Shown piece by piece: positions 54,502-64,000 of a DNA stretch of 64,000 bases; positions within the stretch are counted from its first letter, which is position 1, and each line of letters begins with the position of its first letter. The stretch comes from Octopus vulgaris (Eukaryota). The DNA is taken from assembly GCA_951406725.2 (NCBI GenBank), contig OX597814.1:16058001-16122000 (forward strand), written 5' to 3'. Position numbers and translations under genes: made by a program. The notes beneath the pieces are model-generated. The model was not told the origin of the DNA and ran no database searches. It worked only from the letters and a program-made list of their open reading frames with translations.

Positions 54502-55366
54502 TAGTGTGCTTGTGTGAGTGTTTGTGCGCGCGTGAGTATATATGTATAATATGGGCATCACTGTTACTTTCTTAGTCTTATATATAATTTATTCATTGGA
54601 GGGTGTGTTGAATCATGCTGGAGTATAGCCTTCTATGTTTGTGAACTGAATCAACCTCAAAAATTGCCTTTGTTTCTTACCTATTTTATCTATTTCTTTT
54701 GCCTAACCGCTAAGTTACAGGGGCATAAACGAATGGGAGAGGCAAACACAAATACAGTGTTTTTGCGTTCTTGTCCCACTTTGTAATTCATATTTTATAT
54801 TTAATTTCTATACATATATACATATATGTATGTATATATATTTGTATGTATAAATATATATATATATATATATATTTATACACAGAGGAGTCCAGTGTAA
54901 TCAATATGCAGGAGAGGTGCAGCTGAAGTGTAGAGAGTCCAGTAGATGTTCGTGGATGATAAGAGGAGACAGGTAGAATCCGTAGAAGTTTGTGGGTGGG
55001 GCTTCTACACACTTTACCTGTATCAAATTCTCTCCCAAATCTTTGGCTGGCTCGAGACAATAGTAAAAATAATTAACAAGAGAGCTTGAAGCCAGGCACA
55101 GTGAGCTTGAAACCCGGTCTCAGGCTCGGCTTGAAAATGTATGGTTACGAAGCGAACTACCTAAGAACACAAACGCGCATGCACACCCAAATGCCTGCGC
55201 TATTAGCTACTTACAAAGCTATTGTGATAACTGTTTGCCGTTTGTCTCAAATGCTGCCCCTCATATAGAAAATATATTCCATTCGGAAAGTAAATGGATA
55301 TAGGTCCTCAATTTGCGCGGATATGAGAGTACGCGGTAGGTGTAGTATGCTTATATATTTTTAGTT

Positions 55367-55521
<155 letters not shown>

Positions 55522-56301
55522 AATTAGTAAATAAATGGCACAACTAAGTACCGATATTTACTGGAAATAGCGAACGTAAAATTACAACGCTAATGTGTAG
55601 CTTCACCGCGTATGTATTAGCAAAAATGCGTGTGTGCAACAAAATAGAGAAAAAAAACCGTCTTACCTCCTGGGAGAACATCTGAAAGATGAAACACCCG
55701 GAAAATGGATAATGTGGTACCTGCAGGTTTCAGGTTTTGCAAGATATGTCTCTCACCCATATTTTGCTTTACCTTCTTCAGCCAAACATATACCAAGACG
55801 AAATCTACGATGTTACCACATTAATACTAACACACTCGACTGAGATACGGAACGCTAACAGTACGAGAAACGGTGAAGAAGTTTCAAAATATCAGTAATG
55901 CAATACAAAGTATTGCCTTCCAGTAAAAAGTAGCCCGTGAGGGAAAAATATATATATATATATATCTGTGTGTGTGCGCGTGTATGTGTGTTTGTAGCGC
56001 GTGTGTTTGTATATATGTATACAGTGAGAATGAGAGAGGGAGGGAAATGCAGAAAAATAATTATAATCCAGGCTGTGTCCTCATAAAGCTCACCAGCGTA
56101 TTCCGGTTATCAACAGTGTATATGTAGATGTTTAATTTCAATGAGAAAACCATAGAGAGAAGTTGAAATTGTTGGTCAAGTGTATATTTCACTGGGTAAA
56201 TATGCATTAATACAAATATAGGCATGTTTGGTATTACTCTTAGTCCTGTAGTTTCTTTGCAATATGGGAAATACATTTTATGAACACAGATATTAATAAC
56301 A

Positions 56302-56691
56302 GTGGAGGCGCAATGGCCTAGTGGTTAGGGCAGTGGACTCGCGGTCGTAGGATCGCGGTTTCGATTCCCAGACCGGGCGTTGTGAGTGTTTATTGAGCGA
56401 AAACACCTAAAGCTCCACGAGCTCCTGCAGGGGATGGTGGTGATCCCTGCTGTACTCTCTCACCACAACTTTCTCTCACTCTTACTTCCTCTTTCTGTTG
56501 TACCTGTATTTCAAAGGGCCGGCCTTGTCACTCTCTGTGTCACGCTGAATATCCCCGAGAACTACGTTAAGGGTACACGTGTCTGTGGAGTGCTCAGCCA
56601 CTTACACGTTAATTTCACGAGCAGGCTGTTCCATTGATCGGATCAACCGGAACCCTCGTCGTCGTAACCGACGGAGTACTTCCCTCCCTCC
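56302..56691 (+). mobile_element. SINE family A
   Basis: TSD tattaataaca at 56291-56301 and 56692-56702. Confidence 0.94.
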
Positions 56692-57345
56692 TATTAATAA
56701 CAATAATGATATACAAAATTCATGATAAAATATACGCTCAAAGAAATCTTTATATGTATTTGTATTTTTCCAATATTGGAACCTCTAACATCTATTTTAC
56801 TCAAACCATCCTTTATGTTTTAATTCTACAAATGGACATTATCGATTCTCATCATTTGTTCACGGATTTTCCTAATAAATACATATTTTTATTGGAGTTT
56901 TATTTGGATTGTTTCTCGCTTATTAGACTAAATGAACTACAATAGTATCATTGACGAGTAATATTCCTTCAATTTCACATCAATTGAACCCGTCCCTATC
57001 GCATGAAAGAGTACTCGGCCTATGGAATCCTCGCTCGACATAAAGTTCCAATAGCTGGGATATTCTAAAAACAGCTTTTAGAGACCGAGTACACCTTTTT
57101 ATTATATAGATAAATTGAATATCCTTGTCAAGTCTTGCCAAACCATTTTCTCCTCATTTTGTTTTAATTTATACCTACCTGCTGAAAGGGAAGCCACTTT
57201 TAGCCGATTTAGAAAAGCTGTCACAAAAGCGCATGCTCAACAGCAGTTCATACCGGAATTTTAATGGCATACCTAATTGAGCACTCAGACTACACACCTA
57301 TTAGTTTGAGTCACCCTGACGAAAACTCCTGTTATATTTTATATA

Positions 57346-58162
57346 CTAGCTGACGTACCCGGTAATTCCCGTGAAAGCGGGACTTGATTCCGTTCTCATA
57401 ATTGTTTCGCTAATCCAATGACAACCATACAAAGTATGCAGCCCCTAAAACGGTTTTTGTGCATTTACAGGAGAATGTACAGATTCTATATACAGATTCT
57501 ATATACAGATTCTTAGGAATTCCCAATAAATTATGAATACCCAAATTGTCAAGTCAGTTATGTAATAACATGAAATTAGTTACCCGACAGTAAGAATTCA
57601 AATAAAGGAGCCCCGAAAAGAGCTTCAATGCGTTTCCAGAGTATATAAACTTAGGAGGAAATACTAATAATGTATGTATACTAAGAATAGGCCAATTAGA
57701 TATGAGATAATAACAATTCCAAGTAAATAATTCTGAAAAGGGCTTTTGTGCGTTCCCGGAGAATAGGGGCGCTAGTGTTGGTATATTCGTGAATAAGTCA
57801 CTAACCGAAATAAGTGGATCTCTTATTTAGGAAAATTAGGGTTGTAGTGGATTAATTTCGAAAATAACTTTAAGAGATAAAATACTAAGAAATAGGCATA
57901 CTCAATTTCATTTAAACCAAATGATTTAGGAAAATGAATGGGTTAATTCCCTTGGCTGTTAAACTCTGGGTGAATAGGTTATTTCCCTTGACTGTTACAA
58001 TGAAATATATAAGGATCCCTTCCAGGGGCCCGATGATTGATTTTTCAACTATCTGAGTATGCCATGTCAAGTTTCATAAAGTTCGATAAAACGATGTAGG
58101 AGGAGTTAGCTAACAACTTAATAAACACACCCACAGACAGAATTTTCCACATATGTAGTAGA
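57346..58162 (-). mobile_element. Non-autonomous Helitron
   Basis: On the minus strand A|TCTACTAC...3' hairpin region...CTAG|T (AT target); aagtttcataaagttcg motif; internal 13-bp tandem tacagattctata x3. Confidence 0.75.
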
Positions 58163-58349
58163 TATATATTTTTCTTCTTCTTCTTCTTCTTCTTCTTCTT
58201 CTTCTTCTTCTTCTTCTTCTTCTTCTTCTTCTTCTTCTTCATTTTCTTCTTCATTTTCTTCTTCAAAATTAAAATTATGGATATAAGGACGTTCTAAATG
58301 GAGATAGAATAGCTAATAGCTTCCTCCCTTGGATGAAAAGTTTTTTATA

Positions 58350-58712
58350 CAGTTGTTGCAGCCTTTGCAGTGTTTGAGTCGAACAAATCAACCCCAGTAT
58401 TTATATGTTAAGCCTGATACTTATTCCGTTGGTCTCTTTTGCCGAAATGTTAACATACAAGGGTGTAAAATAACAAATACCGTTTTACAAAGGATGATGG
58501 CAGACTAACGTAATGCAAACACACACGCACGCACACACACACACGCACACATACTTGTACATATTCGAGAGGCTTCTTTTAGTTTCCGTCTGCCAAAACT
58601 TGCTCACAAGGCTTTAGTTCGTCTGAAACTATTGTAGAAAACACTCACCAAATGTGACACACACTGGGACTGAACTCAAAACCGCCAATTTGAGAAGCAA
58701 TTTTCTTCACCA
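58350..58712 (-). mobile_element. Old degenerate SINE family B relative
   Basis: ggtctcttttgccgaa, agtttccgtctgccaaa...ctcacaaggcttt, tgggactgaactc. A similar remnant lies at ~54590-54750. Confidence 0.7.
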
Positions 58713-58768
58713 ATGTGCAAAGTCTGATTTAGTTCTCTAGCGAGTGACATTTCTGTAAATAATAATAA

Positions 58769-58789
58769 TCTCTATATATAAAGCTGAAG

Positions 58790-58877
<88 letters not shown>

Positions 58878-59280
58878 CAGGTTCGGCCCCTTCAACTAAC
58901 ACTATCTCCTCCGAGACCCTGCGGCACAAGTTGACCAAAATTGAGAGTATGATAGACGAAGGCTTGCTCTTCATTCCGAAGGAGAAAAATTTCAAATCAG
59001 ACCGTGTTAAGACCAAAAAGTATTTACATCAAAAAGGTGCTTTTTTTCTTGGAAAATCCCTCTTATTTACGAATTTTTTGACTGCTGTGTCGCCATTTTT
59101 CAGTGTATTTCAACCAGAAAAATGTTCACTTAAAGAGAATAACAAGCTACATAATGCAAAATTTTTACTTATTCGAAAAAGATTGAAACTATGTCAAAAC
59201 TTTGTTAATGCGACATCAAAGTCTGTCGTTTTAAGCACAACTAAAAAAGAAACCCGAGCTACGCCGGGATATACTGCTAG
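58769..59280 (+). mobile_element. Non-autonomous Helitron
   Basis: A|TCTCTATATATAAAG, (TG)n, 3' hairpin CCCGAGCTACGCCGGG, CTAG|T; 3' end homologous to the element at 35126. Confidence 0.87.
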
Positions 59281-59529
59281 TATTTTATAAGTTTAAAGCT
59301 TATAAGTGATCACCAAGTATTACAAAATAAAATGTCTCAATATTAGACAAATTTCCCTAGACAATACACGGTGATAGCTTATAAGCTTTAAGCTTATAAA
59401 ATATTGTTATAATTTACAGAATGTTCACTCGTCACCTCTTCCCAATTCATCGTAGAAAATGCACATAATTGTTTGTTAAAAAAAAACACTATGAAGTTAT
59501 TGTTCTTAAGTCCTATGTAAAGAATTGAG

Positions 59530-59603
59530 TGCGCACGGTCGTGTAATGGTAGCACACTTAACACAAATATATAGAAGTGTAGGTTCGAGTTCATGCGTAC
59601 GGA
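59530..59603 (+). other. tRNA-like sequence (pseudogene or SINE head)
   Basis: D-arm gtg-taatggtag-cac and B-box ggttcgagttc; T-stem and anticodon arm are poorly paired. Confidence 0.45.
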
Positions 59604-59721
59604 AAACCCACTCTTGTTCGTCGTGGGCTTATATGTCCCAATATTTAATCATTTTCTTTAGTCAATACCCGGCGATCGTCTACAAGGTTTAAGCGTATAA
59701 AATATTATTATCATTCACAGA

Positions 59722-59753
<32 letters not shown>

Positions 59754-60630
59754 TGTAGGTATGTACATATATGTATGTATATATGCATATATTTATATAT
59801 TAATTATGATTATTATATGATCGCACAATTATTATATGATTGCATTCATTTCCATGTAAGTTTTATCTTAATAATTCCGATGGGCCCTCTTATTCTTTCT
59901 ATCTATCTCCTTTTCTGTTTTTTCTCCAACCCTTTCCCTATTTTTTTCTCCTCTCTCCTTCCCTGTTCCACCTCTATCTCTTCCTCACTCCTCCTTGATT
60001 CTCTTGTCGCTTACACGTGGCCAATGGCTATCTATCTTTCTTCCACTTCTTTCCTAAAGACAAGACGTGCTTTTATTATCACTTCTCAAAACTCTTTTTT
60101 TCCAGCATCCACCACTTCACATCGTCTTGGCTTAAACGCCCTCACCTTTTGTTTTTACTGTTTTGTATTTACTGTCCTGTTCTTGTTACCACTTTAACCC
60201 TCCGCAAAACGTCCCAAATCTTATTTAATTTGCTTTGCGGGAAGGACTGTTTTAACTAAGTCGCGTCTTGTCCCTACCTTCGAAAATGCGGAGTAGATAA
60301 AACAGAGGACAACTGATGAAGGGAATGTTCTTTATGTTGCATGTCTCATTTCTCTATTTGTGTCTTTCGTTCTTCAAAAAAAGTTCCTTTTCTATGTTTT
60401 TTTATGTTCTCGTTTCTCATTTGTTCATGTGATTTTTATGTCTTGTACCCATATATGCATGCATATATACATATATATGTAGGTACGTGCATATATGTCT
60501 ATATGCATGTATTTATATATTATTTATATTATTATATGATCGAACGCAACGCATCCATTTCCAAGTATATATACACACACGTATATACATGCATATATCT
60601 CTCTCTTCCTCTCTCTCTCTCTCTCTCTCT

Positions 60631-60682
<52 letters not shown>

Positions 60683-60735
60683 AAAGATCGGTAGCAACTA
60701 CACACATTTTTTCTCTCCTTGTTTCTTTCCTTGTT

Positions 60736-60773
60736 TCTTTCTGTGGAAGAGCCTAGGCTCGAAACGTTAAAGA
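60736..60773 (+). ncRNA. Minimal variant hammerhead motif in a short (TA)n-embedded repeat
   Basis: UCUUU-CUGUGGA-A-GAGC(CUAG)GCUC-GAAA-CGUU^AAAGA. Confidence 0.6.
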
Positions 60774-60859
60774 CTTTTTCAATTCCCGAGCGTTATACTG
60801 ATACATCTATCTGTTTTCTACACCACCTGTCTTTGTCTTTTGTTTTTTCTTGAATTCTT

Positions 60860-60897
<38 letters not shown>

Positions 60898-60904
60898 GGT
60901 AGGT

Positions 60905-61656
60905 AGGTATATATACAAAGGCTTCAGTTGTGATTGTTCTAATCTACCATTTGTTATACCGTAATCATTCCTGAATAATCTGCTAGAGTAAACATTATTT
61001 TGATTGACTATCCCGGATGGAATAAAAGGCTGTTGGGTACCTGACAGTACTTACTAACGGCTCATCCTCGACTCGCACTTTTCCAAGAGAACCGTTCATT
61101 CATCTTTGGTAAACTGGAAGAGGATATTTTTCATGAAAGACCGCAATAACTATTTGCAACTTAACTAACTTAGCATCTTCCACAATCTAAATTTTCTTTC
61201 TGTGAATATAATGCTAGTTATGCTTTACAAAAATATTTTCTGGCATATTGATTAGGACTATTTCTTGTACTCTACAAATGTTGCTTAAAGAAACACTGTG
61301 CTATTAAACCAGATAACCTTTCTCTGAAGTAAAAATTTTCTTCTAAACCTTGTCTTCTAGGAAGGCCAGGAAATTTTCTTGGTCAGTTTAAGGAAAATAA
61401 TAGCTTCTGTTGAGAGTACAGTACTTAGATTTCTAAAATATTTTGAAGCATATATATTATATAAAAGTGACACTACAATATATAGTAATATTATATATGG
61501 AATAAATGAACACACGCGCAAACAGTTTAAAGATACTTGCCTTTTAATTGCTGTGGTTTTACTGGGATCTCCCTTTTAAGTAGAAAGAATAGCCATAACT
61601 CTTTGACTGCTATTTCTAAATTCGATGAGTGGTGAGGCAAATCGTTGCTATTATTA

Positions 61657-61709
<53 letters not shown>

Positions 61710-62069
61710 GTATGTGTGTGTGTGTGTGTGAGACAGTGCATACACATATGCATATTTCTATATATATGTGTGTGTCTGTGTGTGTGTAGGTAAATATACA
61801 AAGGCTTTAATTGCAATTGCTCTAATCTACCAGTTATCCATATGCTGTCATGAATAATCTGCTAGATTAAACATTCTTTTGAGTGCATATCCTAGATAGA
61901 AAAAAGGCTGTGGCCACCTGACAATTTATATAAACGGCTCATCATCGACGTATAGTTTTCCAACAGTACCATTCGTTCATCTTTGGTAAGCCGGAGGAGG
62001 TCATTTTTCATAAAAGGCCGCTTTAACTATTTGCCATTTAACTAATTTTGCATTTTCCACAGTCTAAAT
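60905..62069. repeat. Two diverged ~290-bp direct repeats (60905-61192 and 61788-62069)
   Basis: Shared blocks tatacaaaggctt, ctaatctacca, gaataatctgctaga, aacggctcatc, ttcatctttggtaa, taactatttgc, ttccaca.tctaaat. Confidence 0.88.
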
Positions 62070-63911
62070 CTTCCGATATATCACGGTCATTATAGCATGT
62101 CAGTCTCTTGATCAGATAAATATAATTCTGTCGTAAAACGGAAAGCGACCCTTCTCTAGTTTTGGCTAACAAACTGCGTGTAGACCACTGAAAAGAAGTA
62201 ATGATTTACTAATTTCGTTCTACCTAAATGACATACCTACCTCTGACTTCACTAATCACCATTTGCTTCTGCTCTCCCTGGAAGTCCATGTTCAGCAAGG
62301 CCTTGAGTAATTAAACCTAATTCATACTCCATTTATTTACTTTTTAAGTCACTTAGTCTTTTGGTACCTAGACTTTTATCTACTTAGACCTTTCATTTTC
62401 TCGGATTGGCGCAACCACTGCTATTTGTAACATACAAAAACTGTTTGATGATGGTTTCGTGCGTTCATGATAAATTGAAATATTGAAAAATGCGTATAAA
62501 ATATAATGTCTCAAATCATAAATATTCGGCTAAAGTTGACAGCTTCTGAAGGAACCATAATTTATCGATGTTATATTCCGTCAAACGCCTTAGACTGATG
62601 CACATTCATCAAAACTGTCTTATTTTCGGGCATACTATATGCAGCGGTTTTCCTTGATATATCTTTTCGTTCAATAATTTTGCTTTTAGAGTATTTTTGC
62701 AGGAAATAGGATGGGTAAACATCAAATTGTGTTGCACGGCTCTATGGATAGGGAATATAATAAATAACTGGGTTTTCTGATTGAATTTTGATGTAAAATA
62801 CTTCAGTTCACGTCACATAATGGCAATACCTAACTGAGAAAAGTAAAGATAACTCTGTATCATATTGTGGTTAAATTTTTGAGTACACATATGTAGATTT
62901 ACGCGAGAGAAAATACAAAACAAACGAACAAATTATTAACAAGATGTCTTTATATCACCATTTATTTAAACGAAAATAACGAAAAAAGAAAAGATTTAAA
63001 GTTTTTTCTTCTTCATAATTATGTATATGCCACCGTCTATAATAAGATTACATACCATTTCGTTCAGCTATCTTTTCTCATTATGTCCCCCACCCTGTTT
63101 ATTAAACAGCGTTGTCATTTTCTTATCATGATTGGATTTTCTTCAACCAATATTATATTTACAGAAAAAGAACGCCTTATAATACTAATTATTTCCAAGA
63201 TTTACACACATGCATACAAACTCAGACATAGGTTCAAACACTGGAACACAGACTAACATAAACACATGAAGAGGTAGGAGACATAGTACACACAAGAGCG
63301 AAAATATATAGTACACACATGATCCTACAGACGCGCTGCAATCTAATAAACGTTATAGATTAACTAAACGAAATACAATAAAAAATACCAAGTAACCACA
63401 ACAACTCCAATTAGAAAACGAAAGTACCCTATTAATTTTAAAAAATGTGTTCGAGAACGTTAATGAAACATTTTTAATATCCTTTCAGTATTAATGAAAA
63501 AGTATTGTCGGAGACATAAGATTTTGAGAGTAAAATCTAATTATTTTTTAAATGAATTCTTTCATGCTTAGATGATTTTCATTGACACCTAAGAAGAAAT
63601 TTAAAACTTTTTACAAAAATTTACAAATAGATATTAAACGAAAATCTATAACGAAAAATATTTTATCGTCATTTCTGAAATAAACCCCCTAATAGCTTCA
63701 GATGAGAAAAATACAACAAATGTGATCGTTATTTATTTATAAGTATTTGATTTAAATAGTTTTGCCATAATTAGAAAAATGAAATTCTTTTAATTTTTAT
63801 TTTCTCTTAATAACATTTTTTCTTTTATTTCCTCTGTCTTGCTTAAACATGTTCAACAGTATGTTCTCTGTCATACTCCAAGCCATGCCAAGTTTTTATG
63901 CCTTCATACTA

Positions 63912-63967
<56 letters not shown>

Positions 63968-64000
63968 TATATATTTATATATATATGTACAAATATATGG

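Noticed and set aside
60275-60330. GAAA...CTGATGA in type II order (similar at 13215-13253, minus strand)
   Set aside because: Could not fold stems I and III; probably parts of TA-associated repeats.

Overview
Eukaryotic, AT-rich, microsatellite-dense, repeat-dominated DNA with no confidently identifiable host gene. The SINE families point to an octopus/cephalopod genome (inference). Almost all ORFs in the track are microsatellite or SINE artefacts. The only long intact ORF (20654-23293, 879 aa) is a Penelope-like retroelement (PLE; RT plus C-terminal GIY-YIG) inserted into the (TA)n tract of a SINE. It takes its first ATG from that SINE, has an unusual HRDD catalytic motif and two long low-complexity inserts, and carries a readable hammerhead ribozyme in its 3' non-coding region. 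The window also holds about 25 tRNA-derived SINEs showing head/tail module shuffling, a full-length decayed mariner, other Tc1/mariner remnants, R4/Dong- and Hero-like LINE 3' fragments, non-autonomous Helitrons, further hammerhead-like motifs and a TSD-flanked 35-bp fold-back insertion. Coordinates of degenerate repeats are approximate; alignments, translations and folds were done by eye.
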